From: Candidatus Woesebacteria bacterium
Lineage (GTDB): Bacteria > Patescibacteriota > Microgenomatia > UBA10105 > UBA927
Length of the DNA stretch: 60,413 nt
NCBI GenBank assembly: GCA_018062625.1
Contig: JAGORV010000006.1
Location: 1 to 60,413 of the forward strand
Reading direction: 5' to 3'
Part shown: positions 37,328-47,684 of the stretch, in pieces
Layout: every line of letters begins with the position of its first letter
Position numbering within the stretch: the stretch's first letter is position 1
Made by a program: the position numbers and the translations under genes
The notes under the pieces: generated by a model
Told to the model about the DNA's origin: nothing
The model's database searches: none
What the model saw: the letters and a program-made list of their open reading frames with translations, nothing else

Positions 37328-38914
37328 TTATGGAGCGACTTCTTGCCAAATGACGGGAAGCTCTTTCATCTCATCTGGCATGGTAACCAAAAGCTTTGGA
37401 TTATACACAAATAATTCTGGGGGATAGAGAGTGTTACCACCATACAAGTCCAGATCTCGCTGAAGCAAGAAATTTCCTGATATAAACATCCCCTTACCTA
37501 CAAATTTCGCGGCTCCAATAGAAGTAGATAGCCCAGTCTGAAATGTTCCTGATGGAGAAAGCACATAAATACCCTCAACTACCGGCGCGGTTGCCGAAGC
37601 AGTCGTGCCCACCGATGAACTGACACTTAAGTATTGTCCACCGACGATAAACGCCACAAAACCGGAACCTGTTATATTTACCTGACCACCGAGCGTGAGA
37701 TTTCCAGTAACGATAAATACTATGTTTTCACCGTCTCCCACAACCCAATCGCCAGATGTCGTCATATCTCCATCTATATAGTAGGGGGTAGGGCGAGATT
37801 CTGGTTGCTCAACCGCTGCTAAATTGATAAAAGATGTGTTATCTGTAGTCGTTGGACTACCATAACGGCGATAAAAATAGTCATAATAATTCACTGTCGA
37901 TCGAGTTTCGTTCACCAACCAATTGTTTGGCGATGACACGCGATCTGCCCCTTGTTCGACACTACCTCCATCAAAATCATACGTAGTGCCATAGGTTACA
38001 ACCCCAGGAGATCCACCTGTGCCATTGGTGCTAAAAACGCGGGGGGTGACGTCTGGAATAAACGATTTTAACGAACCAGAGGCATAGACATCTCCGCCAT
38101 TGGTCTGCACCCAGCTAGTTCCCCACATGTATCCTATATCCCATTGAAGTATCTCTCCATCACCAAGGACGGTAGAAAAACCGGTACTAGAATTACCATT
38201 GCTATTTGTCCAGCAACTTGCTGCAAGCATCCAATTGCTACCAAGCGGTTGAGGATCTATGGTATATGACCCTCCAGCAATAGAAGAGAACGAAACGTAG
38301 TTTGCTCCTGACTGAGTCAGTGGTGTTGGCTGGCTTGCACTAGACTGAGTGAATCCAATAGTGGTGCCATCGATCTCTGCGTTTCCGGTCGAAATTGCAC
38401 GCACATCAGCACACGTCACATCGGTAGGCTGTATTTCAACTGCACGAGCAAGAATAGTGCCTACTGGTGCTGGAGTTGCCGTCGGTTCAACGACCACGGG
38501 CTCTGTAGGATTGGGAGGATTTGGAGTTCCATTTCCCACGGGGTTTCCACAACCCGCATCACAACACTGTGTCTGCCCGAGTTGCGCGTTGTTGTTACAG
38601 ACGCGAAATTGCCAACCATTAGTACAACTGCCCCATGCACCCCAACCCGATGTACAAGTCGCTTGAAACGCTGAACAGGTCATGCCACAGCGTCCGGTAT
38701 TATTATTACAAAATGGTGTACAAGTCGATCCAGCGGGACAAAGACCACTAGTGCAAACTGTTCCACAAGTTCCAGAACTACAAAGTGGCATGGTGGGGAA
38801 AGGCGACACGGCGGGTGTATTTGTTACATACTGTGCATTAACACTGGGTATATTTACAAAACTAAAAAATACTATAAACAACAACGAAAAAAATACACGA
38901 TAAACAACCCTCAT
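37328..38914 (-). CDS. Secreted/surface protein with a 14-Cys N-terminal region and a beta-rich C-terminal domain
   Basis: Signal peptide ending ...SVNA, WGAWGSC, Pro/Thr linker, C-terminal VEGIYV...VYNPKLL. Confidence 0.8.
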   Translation of the reverse strand: MRVVYRVFFSLLFIVFFSFVNIPSVNAQYVTNTPAVSPFPTMPLCSSGTCGTVCTSGLCPAGSTCTPFCNNNTGRCGMTCSAFQATCTSGWGAWGSCTNGWQFRVCNNNAQLGQTQCCDAGCGNPVGNGTPNPPNPTEPVVVEPTATPAPVGTILARAVEIQPTDVTCADVRAISTGNAEIDGTTIGFTQSSASQPTPLTQSGANYVSFSSIAGGSYTIDPQPLGSNWMLAASCWTNSNGNSSTGFSTVLGDGEILQWDIGYMWGTSWVQTNGGDVYASGSLKSFIPDVTPRVFSTNGTGGSPGVVTYGTTYDFDGGSVEQGADRVSSPNNWLVNETRSTVNYYDYFYRRYGSPTTTDNTSFINLAAVEQPESRPTPYYIDGDMTTSGDWVVGDGENIVFIVTGNLTLGGQVNITGSGFVAFIVGGQYLSVSSSVGTTASATAPVVEGIYVLSPSGTFQTGLSTSIGAAKFVGKGMFISGNFLLQRDLDLYGGNTLYPPELFVYNPKLLVTMPDEMKELPVIWQEVAP

Positions 38915-38953
38915 GAGGTAAGGGTATCAAAGTTCAAATCATCATGCAATCAA

Positions 38954-41152
38954 TCAACGCTGAACTATCAAAGAGGGGAATAAAATAGTCTGAATATCAG
39001 CTGGGAAGAATCCATTTACGTATTTTGGATCATCTTGCCCAATACCCACAACAATATTTGGATTTGTTGCACTCAAATTAGGAAAATGAAAACCAAACGT
39101 ATAATTATACGGATTTCCATCGTGTCCAGGATTTGGAAGATTACCCATATCGTTTCCTTTTAGTTTCAAAAGCTTTGCAAGTGACGGCTGGGATGCTCCA
39201 AAAGTGATCAGTCCATTTGTATCATTAAAAAATCCGTCCTCAATCTTAAATATCGGAAGAATCTCTAATTTTGAGTTCATATTTGCAGCGTTTTCCCACA
39301 ACTTGTCAAACGTCGTGCGATTTGTAGCGTCTCCCATGATCTCTTCACCACTGGCGACCAACATAATTTTCCACTCGTCTGGGTTTGGGCTATGTGGAAG
39401 CAATGGATCTAACCATTTCGTTGGGAAAAATTGAAATTTTGTACCATCTGGCAATACGGTATAATACCATGCATCTAGCGCTTGAATTGGACTGTTGTCT
39501 TTAGTTAAGCCATCCCACGTAACTGCAGAGGAATTTTCAAGATATCCAAACTTCGTAGACGTTCCGGTGTTTACATTCACATCAAGATATTGGAATCCCA
39601 TGGTTAACCCTGCCGAAACCTTCCATCGCTCGATCGCAGCGTTAGAAAATGGCTGATTTAGCTCTTCATGCAATAAAATATCTCGAATTAACACGTCTCG
39701 ATACTCAAGGGGTACAAATACAGGAGCATTTATGTCACTACTTACTTCAAATTGTTTAAACCAACCCTTATGTTCTTGACTCCAAAGGAGTGTTTGACCA
39801 TCAATTGTACTCATGGTTGGAGTTTTACCAAATTTATTTTTATTCGCCAAGTCTTCTGTAAGACCAGATGGATCAATATTCACTTTTTCCGTTACAAGAT
39901 TTTGATTTGCGTCCCAATAGGTTATTTGTGTAGTAAACCCACCAGCTTCCGCTGTTATAGATGCTTCAAGCCCAGCATGCTTTTTGAGTGCCGCAGTAAT
40001 TTCTGCGCTTAACTCAAGAGAGTCAATGCTAAATTTTGCCACCTCAACGGGTTTTGCTGGATTTTGTTCAAACCCATGTTCTGCTCCAGGCACAAATAAT
40101 TGCGATGGGGTGGTTTCAGAAGGTTTTTGGATACCCCATACAGGATAGTCACCAAAGTATCCACCCACCAAATCAGTGTATACCACTCCAGCAGGTAGTG
40201 CTACCCACGTATATGCAGGATTTTCTGTGGCGGTAAAGTCAAACCACTCAGCGTTTGGATGATACGAAAAGTTTTCTTCTCCAGCGGCAATCACTGCCAC
40301 TTGTGTGACCCCAGCCTCTACGCGTGATAGAAGTACAAAATTCCGATCAAATGTCTTATTCCAAAAGACCTGTGCTGATTGTTCTCCCTCTACCTTCCCT
40401 TGAATTGCCTCTATGTTTTCGGCGTACGCAACAACCGCATACTCAGGAAGACCAAGCGGATTTGAAGCATCTGCAATCTGCGCCTCTGTGGCACCATGTG
40501 TAAACGCCACTCCTCCTATCGATACATCTTTATAGTCAGGATGACTTCCTATGATATCTGAAGGCGCAACTGGCGTTTCTGTCTGAAACCCAGGAGGGGG
40601 AGTGCTTGTGGCTGTTTCTACAGTTGTTGTGGCTGGAGCCGCTTGTGTAATTTCCGCAGGAATTGAAGTAACTTCAGCAGCTGGCGTTGCAATTGCTGTT
40701 TGACAACCATTTATAATAGGCGCCTGTAACAAAAGCCATGAAGATATAGCTGCTTTATTTTTTGATCTTGCAGCCATAGCACCCAGAGCTAAATCGCCCA
40801 TGATTCCCAGTCCTGCAGCTATAGCCATGGCTGGAGACATTGGTATTGGTAATTTATCTGGAGCAGGTGTGTAAACTGGCGTCTCACCTTGAGAACGAGG
40901 AGTAAATGCGACGTATGCAGTCTCATTGATTGGGACTCGATGTGCTGCATGCTTAAATACATCAGCACGAATTTTTACAGTTCTTGCGCCCATATCAACC
41001 CCAACAGGTTCTTGTTGCCACTGTTTCCAGTTGGCAAAATATGTGGGGTCACTTCTATCAATAGAAAAGGAAATTGGGGCTCTACTTGCGTCGTAGCTTG
41101 CAAGCTTTGTGGCATCAAAAGGCTTTACGTCTCGCTCAACAAATAGTGCCAT
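38954..41152 (-). CDS. Large hypothetical surface protein with an internal hydrophobic anchor or lipobox-like site
   Basis: 732 aa; AMAIAAGLGIMG...LLLQAPIINGC followed by a Thr/Ala/Pro linker. Confidence 0.75.
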   Translation of the reverse strand: MALFVERDVKPFDATKLASYDASRAPISFSIDRSDPTYFANWKQWQQEPVGVDMGARTVKIRADVFKHAAHRVPINETAYVAFTPRSQGETPVYTPAPDKLPIPMSPAMAIAAGLGIMGDLALGAMAARSKNKAAISSWLLLQAPIINGCQTAIATPAAEVTSIPAEITQAAPATTTVETATSTPPPGFQTETPVAPSDIIGSHPDYKDVSIGGVAFTHGATEAQIADASNPLGLPEYAVVAYAENIEAIQGKVEGEQSAQVFWNKTFDRNFVLLSRVEAGVTQVAVIAAGEENFSYHPNAEWFDFTATENPAYTWVALPAGVVYTDLVGGYFGDYPVWGIQKPSETTPSQLFVPGAEHGFEQNPAKPVEVAKFSIDSLELSAEITAALKKHAGLEASITAEAGGFTTQITYWDANQNLVTEKVNIDPSGLTEDLANKNKFGKTPTMSTIDGQTLLWSQEHKGWFKQFEVSSDINAPVFVPLEYRDVLIRDILLHEELNQPFSNAAIERWKVSAGLTMGFQYLDVNVNTGTSTKFGYLENSSAVTWDGLTKDNSPIQALDAWYYTVLPDGTKFQFFPTKWLDPLLPHSPNPDEWKIMLVASGEEIMGDATNRTTFDKLWENAANMNSKLEILPIFKIEDGFFNDTNGLITFGASQPSLAKLLKLKGNDMGNLPNPGHDGNPYNYTFGFHFPNLSATNPNIVVGIGQDDPKYVNGFFPADIQTILFPSLIVQR

Positions 41153-41194
41153 AACTAACCTATAGTATCATCGGTTAACCATTATGTCAACTCG

Positions 41195-41821
41195 TTACAT
41201 CCTCGCCTTAACTCCTATAAAGCTTATCATCAATCGATGTGTCGGTAAACTCTTCCAATTTCCACGAATTATACTATCTAAATCTCGCATACGAGATTCA
41301 TCATCTGCACTCAACCCTGCCTTAGGAAAAATAAGCCCAAACTCAAGCGAACGTGGTGAAGAGAGCGCTTGCACTGTCAGCTCTGCTCCAGAAACACGGT
41401 CTAGAGCTAGCTTTTGTTCAAAGTTTGCATCATAACGGACAAGTTTGTATTCCTTCTCTTGAGGGCGTACAAAACCTGCCAAAACCGTCTGAACCGGATC
41501 GGCATCAAGCACAAATGTAACAGTTATTCCATCTGAGGTCTCCTTGTTCACCTGTACCACGCGCCCATACATTCGATACTCAATGGTTTTTTCACTCACA
41601 GTTTTTACTATAGGAGGTTGCACGGATTTTGAAGTGATTGGTGTTGAGAGGAAGTTGGTAGAGTCTTTTTGATTTTTTGTGGCCTTCATTTTATATATAA
41701 ACACTGGGGGTACAAATAGCAACGCACACACAACAATCACCCAAACGCCTTTATACATAGTAGATGAATGTGATGCTCCACGCATAAGAGTACTATACCG
41801 TGGGATGACAAAGTGGCGCAA
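41195..41821 (-). CDS. Hypothetical membrane-anchored protein
   Basis: TM GVWVIVVCALLFVPPVFIY; the start may be a later Met. Confidence 0.65.
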   Translation of the reverse strand: MRHFVIPRYSTLMRGASHSSTMYKGVWVIVVCALLFVPPVFIYKMKATKNQKDSTNFLSTPITSKSVQPPIVKTVSEKTIEYRMYGRVVQVNKETSDGITVTFVLDADPVQTVLAGFVRPQEKEYKLVRYDANFEQKLALDRVSGAELTVQALSSPRSLEFGLIFPKAGLSADDESRMRDLDSIIRGNWKSLPTHRLMISFIGVKARM

Positions 41822-41855
41822 GAGTTATAGATGTTTAATTCTACATACTCGCATA

Positions 41856-42479
41856 TTACACTGCACTCTTAGTCGAACGAGTGCGTGAAATTTCCGCTCG
41901 CAGCAACAAAAACAAAAAATATACTGATCGACACGCAAGCATCATGTCTTTTCGAGTGGATTTATGAGCCACATAATCCACATCACTTCTCATCCATGCA
42001 TCAAAATCTTCATGATATCTGCCAGAAAGAATTGCGGGGGAAATAATGCCAGGAAGTGCATTATGACGAACCCGCATCCACGGTGCGAGCTTTCGAGACT
42101 CACTCTCTGGAAGTGGTCGCGGTCCTATAAATGCCATGTCGCCACGGAGCACATTCCATATCTGTGGTAGCTCATCAAGACCAGTATGACTCAAAAATTT
42201 ACCTAAGCGTGTAAATCGTGGATCGTTTGGTATTTTAAAAACAGGACCATCGGATATATTTCTTGATTTATACTTTGATTGTAGCTTGTCAGCGTTCACT
42301 ATCATCGTGCGAAATTTATACATCACAAATGGCCTACCATCCTTACCAATGCGTCGTTGCATAAAAAATATTGGAAAACCACAAAACACAAACACCAACA
42401 GGCCGATTATCACCTGTAAGGGAAGGGTGAAGACAAATATACAAATCACTAAAATCTTATAAATCACATTCATAATCAA
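41856..42479 (-). CDS. Initiating sugar-phosphate transferase (Bac_transf, small PGT)
   Basis: FFMQRRIGKDGRPFVMYKFRTM, LDELPQIWNVLRGDMAFIGPRP. Confidence 0.93.
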   Translation of the reverse strand: MIMNVIYKILVICIFVFTLPLQVIIGLLVFVFCGFPIFFMQRRIGKDGRPFVMYKFRTMIVNADKLQSKYKSRNISDGPVFKIPNDPRFTRLGKFLSHTGLDELPQIWNVLRGDMAFIGPRPLPESESRKLAPWMRVRHNALPGIISPAILSGRYHEDFDAWMRSDVDYVAHKSTRKDMMLACRSVYFLFLLLRAEISRTRSTKSAV

Positions 42480-42518
42480 TATACATATAGTCTTTCAAAC
42501 ATACTGTATAATACCCGC

Positions 42519-43286
42519 ATGAAAGACGACTTACAACATTTCTTTGAATTGCTTTTTAGCATGACTCACAAAGAGCTGACCGCACGATATAAACACACAT
42601 TTTTTGGATTTTTGTGGGTCTTTATAAATCCACTTATTCAAATGATAGTCATTGGATTTATTTTTCCCTTCTTTATCAAAGAACCAATTCCACATTACTA
42701 TCTCTATCTTTTTACTGGGTTACTCACTTGGAATTTCTTCTCACTTTCCCTGTCCAAAGCATCTGCGTCAATTGTAAATGAGCGCTCGCTAATAAAAAAA
42801 TCTAAATTCCCACACGCAGTGATTCCTATATCTATTATATTAGCAAACGCTATTAATCTATTAATCTCTTTTTTGTTAATTGTGCCGCCCGCACTATATT
42901 CACGCGTATTACTGGTCGAACAATTAGGAAGCTTTGTTCTGGGGTTTCTACTGCTTCTATGTTTTACAATTGGAATAAGCCTCCTTACGGCAGCACTAAA
43001 TGTAAGATTTCGAGACATAAATTTTTTCGTACAAGCTAGCCTCATCGTGTGGTTTTATCTTACCCCGATCGTATACTCTATTTACTCAGTGCCCTATAAT
43101 CTTATCTGGATATGGCGATTAAACCCCATGACTTCTGCCGTACAGTTTTTCCAACATGCATTTGTAAGCTTTCCACCCCCTGGGATTGCTATGATAGCGG
43201 TGAATAGCAGTATTACACTTTTTGTATTAGCAATAGGGATAGTAGTGTTTCAATCCGAGTCCAAATTTTTTGATGATTGGCTCTAG
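42519..43286 (+). CDS. wzm: Polysaccharide ABC exporter permease Wzm
   Basis: ELTARYKHTFFGFLWVFINP, VRFRD, WFYLTPIVY, LNPM. Confidence 0.92.
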   Translation: MKDDLQHFFELLFSMTHKELTARYKHTFFGFLWVFINPLIQMIVIGFIFPFFIKEPIPHYYLYLFTGLLTWNFFSLSLSKASASIVNERSLIKKSKFPHAVIPISIILANAINLLISFLLIVPPALYSRVLLVEQLGSFVLGFLLLLCFTIGISLLTAALNVRFRDINFFVQASLIVWFYLTPIVYSIYSVPYNLIWIWRLNPMTSAVQFFQHAFVSFPPPGIAMIAVNSSITLFVLAIGIVVFQSESKFFDDWL

Positions 43287-43308
43287 TAGCTCAAATATAG
43301 AAATCGAT

Positions 43309-44034
43309 CTACAAAACATGAGGCTTCGCTGCCCAAAGTCGAAACAATCCATATATATTCCTCACTGCGATAGATAATATGTTGCGTGTCACATATACCT
43401 TTGTGATTCCGGACTTGCGTAGACGATGATGTATCGGTAATTCTTTTATAGAAAGCTTGTGTTTTTTGCATGCTCCTATAAATCCCCACCAAAACCCTTC
43501 ATTTAAAAAATGAAGTTCGTTAACCAGCCGTCGTATAGTTACAGTTTTTCCGAACACATACGGTGCACTTGGATCATGAAGTCGTGTGGGAAACAAAAAA
43601 ATAAACACCATCTTAAACATCAAAGAGAATATTTTACGCTGTTGTGTATCTGCGCGATGCACACGCCATCCAGAAATTATATCAGCCTCTTGCCGGGCAG
43701 ACCAAAACGAATAAAAATCACGAGGATCACATTGTCCATCGGAATCAATAAACAAAATATATTCTGATGAAGCATGCGCGATTCCTTCCAAAACAGCTTT
43801 ACCATATCCACGTCGTGTTTTCTGTGACCAGAGGAGAAGGGGATATTTCTTTTTTAACGAGACAAGAAGCTCTGTAGTACCATCGGTTGACCCATCTTCA
43901 CACGCGATAAACGTATATGGAATTTTTCTTTTTTTGAATTCATTATCCCACTCTTTTAATAAACGAGGGATAATGTCTCGTTCGTTATAAATAGGCAAAA
44001 TCAAACTTACCATCGGCTCAACTGTAAGTTTCAT
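43309..44034 (-). CDS. GT2, polyprenol-phosphate glycosyltransferase-like (DPM/GtrB type)
   Basis: ILPIYNE, EDGSTDGT, GYGKA, FIDSDGQ, GWRVHRAD, ELPIHH. Confidence 0.88.
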   Translation of the reverse strand: MKLTVEPMVSLILPIYNERDIIPRLLKEWDNEFKKRKIPYTFIACEDGSTDGTTELLVSLKKKYPLLLWSQKTRRGYGKAVLEGIAHASSEYILFIDSDGQCDPRDFYSFWSARQEADIISGWRVHRADTQQRKIFSLMFKMVFIFLFPTRLHDPSAPYVFGKTVTIRRLVNELHFLNEGFWWGFIGACKKHKLSIKELPIHHRLRKSGITKVYVTRNILSIAVRNIYGLFRLWAAKPHVL

Positions 44035-44061
44035 ATTAAGGTAAACACTATAATATACTAT

Positions 44062-45705
44062 ATGCGTTCGCAACTACCCATAAAATATAAAAATATACTA
44101 CCCATTAGTAGATTAATTTGCCTCTTGATAATAGTTGCATTCCTCCTCTGGTTACGACTCTATGGGATAAATAGAGCCCTCTATTACGATGAGGCGGCTA
44201 CTTGGTATATAGGCTCACACACATCTGCTCTTGATGTTCTTCGAGGACGCTATATTCAAGAAGGAAACATGCCGCTTGGCTACATTGTGTATGGCTTGTG
44301 GAGCACATATATGACAGAAGAGTGGTGGATCAGAACGCTCCCTCTATTATTCGGTGTGGGTAGTATAGCCACAACGTATTATGCTCTATTAAAAATTAAC
44401 AGAGGCATGGCTGTTATCGGAGCGGTCATTACCGCATTGCTTCCAATACAGGTCTTTCACTCTAGAGAGTTCAGGCCATATATCATGGCTTATTTTTTTC
44501 AAGTACTCTCCGCATACAATTTTTTACTACTCTGGCAATCGCACACTCCAAAATTTAAAAATTATTTTCTCTTCTTTATGAGTCATGGTATAGCACTGGG
44601 AAGCGGTTTTTCATCCATCTTCTTGTCTCTTTGGTATCTCATTACCATCGCTATAAACTTTAAACAAAAACCGTTTTATTTTCTAAAAAGAGTTGGCATA
44701 ATTGTCACAGCACTTACTGCTGGAGCTGGACTTTGGCTCCTGTTCTATCTTTCCACGCCATATGCACAGACAAGCGCACAAAACTTCCATGAATATGGAA
44801 ACCACAATATATGGGCATCGCTCTATTATACGCTTGAGCGATTGATCATTAACAAAGAAAACTGGACGATTTATGACACGAATGTCTTCTGGGGAAGAAT
44901 TTTTTCTCCCATACAGTGGGTAGCAACTAGCAGTGCGATATTTATGCTTTGGCTAACAGCGTATCCGTTAGTACAATATTTTTTTAAATTACGTTCAAAA
45001 AAACAGCCGATAACTTCTATAGAACAGGGTACGCATAACACCCTTCTTATTTGTTCTGCATTTGTCTGGTGTACCTTACTCATCGCACTGATAGTGTCCA
45101 AGACATCAGTCAATATCATAAGCGCACCAAGACATATCATGATAATTTATATACCGCTTGTGTATATTGCGTCCTATTGGATATATCACTCATACAAAAA
45201 TATGAACAATTGGCTATGGAGGCATGTCGCGACAGCCGCTATCTGCATAATCCTAATTACTATGATCGTAGTCGACATGCATAATGCCACAGCAAAATCC
45301 TTAAATTTTGACCTAGTATTTCAGCAACTATCAAGAGCGCATATTGCAGACGGCCGCTGCAGCTATTTAATTATCGCTAACATAAATACCAGGGACTTAA
45401 TATCTTTTTATCAAAAAAAATATAACACAGCATTTCCTGACAACAAAACAGTCTCACTCGTCATTCAAACAAACTTAGAGAAGAGTCTTTCAGATGGACA
45501 AAAACAACTACGCCAGATCAATTCGCGGCAATTACGAAGCCTATGCCCCAATCTTTACTATTTTGGGTATGCTGACCTTGATTGGCAAAACGCTAACCCT
45601 TCGCACAATGAATACGTACTACTTAAAAACAAATACTTTCCAGTCAAAATCTATAATGAGCACAATATAATCCATGGTGCAAAATATTCACTACACCAAG
45701 AATAA
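44062..45705 (+). CDS. GT-C fold multi-TM glycosyltransferase (PMT/ArnT-like)
   Basis: ALYYDE in the first loop, HSREFRPY, about 11 TMs. Confidence 0.8.
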   Translation: MRSQLPIKYKNILPISRLICLLIIVAFLLWLRLYGINRALYYDEAATWYIGSHTSALDVLRGRYIQEGNMPLGYIVYGLWSTYMTEEWWIRTLPLLFGVGSIATTYYALLKINRGMAVIGAVITALLPIQVFHSREFRPYIMAYFFQVLSAYNFLLLWQSHTPKFKNYFLFFMSHGIALGSGFSSIFLSLWYLITIAINFKQKPFYFLKRVGIIVTALTAGAGLWLLFYLSTPYAQTSAQNFHEYGNHNIWASLYYTLERLIINKENWTIYDTNVFWGRIFSPIQWVATSSAIFMLWLTAYPLVQYFFKLRSKKQPITSIEQGTHNTLLICSAFVWCTLLIALIVSKTSVNIISAPRHIMIIYIPLVYIASYWIYHSYKNMNNWLWRHVATAAICIILITMIVVDMHNATAKSLNFDLVFQQLSRAHIADGRCSYLIIANINTRDLISFYQKKYNTAFPDNKTVSLVIQTNLEKSLSDGQKQLRQINSRQLRSLCPNLYYFGYADLDWQNANPSHNEYVLLKNKYFPVKIYNEHNIIHGAKYSLHQE

Positions 45706-45789
45706 CCTTAACTCATTACCCACTCTATTGAGAGTATCGTATAATACGCTACACATGAAGCTGAAGAGCTTTTTTTCAAATTATTTCTT

Positions 45790-46491
45790 ATGAAGAAATC
45801 GCCAACCGTAATTCAGATATCACAAATAAGCAAACGCTATGAAATTCATCACGAAAAACCAACGCTCGTAGAAAAATTTATTACAAATAAAAACGAAGTT
45901 TTTTTTGCATTAAAAGATATTTCTATAAATATCAAGCGAGGAGAAGCAGTTGGAATTATTGGAAGCAACGGTTCTGGAAAAACCACCCTACTGAAACTAA
46001 TCACGGGAATCACCACCCCCACATCTGGCTCAATAACCACAAAAGGAAAGATTGTTTCCCTCATCGATCTAGAGGCCGGGTTTCATCATGATTTGTCTGG
46101 ATATGAAAATATTTTTCTTAACGGCATGCTGCTGGGAATGGGCAAAGCAGAAATTACAAGAAAAATTCTATCTATCATTCATTTTGCTGACATTCATCAG
46201 TTTATAGATGCGCCGCTTTATACATATTCTCAAGGAATGAAGTTGCGCCTTGGATTTTCTATTGCTATTCATGCAAATCCAGACATATTAATTTTGGATG
46301 AGGGAGTGGGAGTAGGGGATATACAATTTCAAAAAAAATCTCAAAATGCGATTATACGTTTGTTTCGCAAAGGCAAAACTATCATCATATCCACACATCT
46401 CATTAATATAATTAGACAATATTGTACTCGCGTCATTGAAATAAAAAATGGCCAAGTAATCATGGATGTGCCAATTAAAAAATTTTCATGA
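45790..46491 (+). CDS. wzt: Polysaccharide ABC exporter ATPase Wzt (no C-terminal carbohydrate-binding domain)
   Basis: GSNGSGKTT, LSGYENI, YSQGMKLRL, LDEG. Confidence 0.92.
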   Translation: MKKSPTVIQISQISKRYEIHHEKPTLVEKFITNKNEVFFALKDISINIKRGEAVGIIGSNGSGKTTLLKLITGITTPTSGSITTKGKIVSLIDLEAGFHHDLSGYENIFLNGMLLGMGKAEITRKILSIIHFADIHQFIDAPLYTYSQGMKLRLGFSIAIHANPDILILDEGVGVGDIQFQKKSQNAIIRLFRKGKTIIISTHLINIIRQYCTRVIEIKNGQVIMDVPIKKFS

Positions 46492-47675
46492 ATATTCACA
46501 CTAATGGAAATGACCGATATATACTCTACACGATAGATGATTTTCAGTATGGGGGCGTGACTACATTTGTTAAACAATATACCTCTATGGCATCCCTATC
46601 TGGATATCAGAGTGTCGTTGTAGGATTTTCTGGCGATATACCAAACCCAAAAGCGCTATTTCCTCACTCCATAGTTATAGAAATTCCACGTTATATTATT
46701 TATGGGTTTTTTGGTCGCCTCATAAGTTTTTTCCGCTATAGACAGGCCATTCAACAGCTTTATAAAAAATATACTTTTGAAACAATTCATTTTTCTACCA
46801 CTTGGTCGACACTCTATACCTATACGATTAAAAAAACATGGCAAACAAAAAATGTAATTACATTTTATGGTCTTTACCATAAAGAGTTTATAAGCTTGTT
46901 TGGAGATAAACCTCCAAAATTTGCTTTTATAAAAAGCCTGCTGATCTTTATGTTTCAAAGATTGTCTCTATTTCTCCCCAATACCATTATCACCTTTAGC
47001 ACCTTTGCTAAACAACAAATTCACTCATCTTTTGGGATTGCATTTTCTATGAAAACTACCATAATACCTGGAACTATAATTCCTTCTAAATTCACCCCTC
47101 ACCGTAAACAGCCGCGCGCTCCATTCACTATCGTGAATCTTGGAAGAGCAGAGCTTAGAAAAGGGATTTCTTTACTATTGGAGGCATGCAGATTATTAAT
47201 AAATAAGGATATTGATTTTCAGGCCTTGATAGCTTCGCCAATCGTGTATTATAAAAATAATCATATATTAGAAATATATGAACATCTACAGTTGTTTTCT
47301 CGAGTCCATTTACTCCATGCAGCAAATACATTAGATAAAATACGTCTTTTGAGACAGGCAGATGTTTTTGTTATGCCTTCAATTAAATTAGAAACGTTTG
47401 GAATGACAGTTCTAGAAAGTCTCCAAGCTGGGGTGCCCGTGATCGCAACTCCCATAGGCGCATTATCAGAAATACTCAGAAAGGTAGATAAGCGTCTTAT
47501 CTGCAAAACAACGACCCCAAAGAGTCTTGCGGATCAACTCATGTGGTATTACCAGTTAAGCACTAAAGAGAAAAATGTACTGCGACGCAAATCTTGGCAT
47601 GTCGTACATACCTACTATAATCACTATGTATGGAAAAATACGTTAAAGCAAATTTACCAAAACCTTTCCACATAA
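46488..47675 (+). CDS. GT4 glycosyltransferase
   Basis: VFVMPSIKLETFGMTVLES. Confidence 0.88.
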   Translation: MNIHTNGNDRYILYTIDDFQYGGVTTFVKQYTSMASLSGYQSVVVGFSGDIPNPKALFPHSIVIEIPRYIIYGFFGRLISFFRYRQAIQQLYKKYTFETIHFSTTWSTLYTYTIKKTWQTKNVITFYGLYHKEFISLFGDKPPKFAFIKSLLIFMFQRLSLFLPNTIITFSTFAKQQIHSSFGIAFSMKTTIIPGTIIPSKFTPHRKQPRAPFTIVNLGRAELRKGISLLLEACRLLINKDIDFQALIASPIVYYKNNHILEIYEHLQLFSRVHLLHAANTLDKIRLLRQADVFVMPSIKLETFGMTVLESLQAGVPVIATPIGALSEILRKVDKRLICKTTTPKSLADQLMWYYQLSTKEKNVLRRKSWHVVHTYYNHYVWKNTLKQIYQNLST

Positions 47676-47684
47676 GATAAATTT

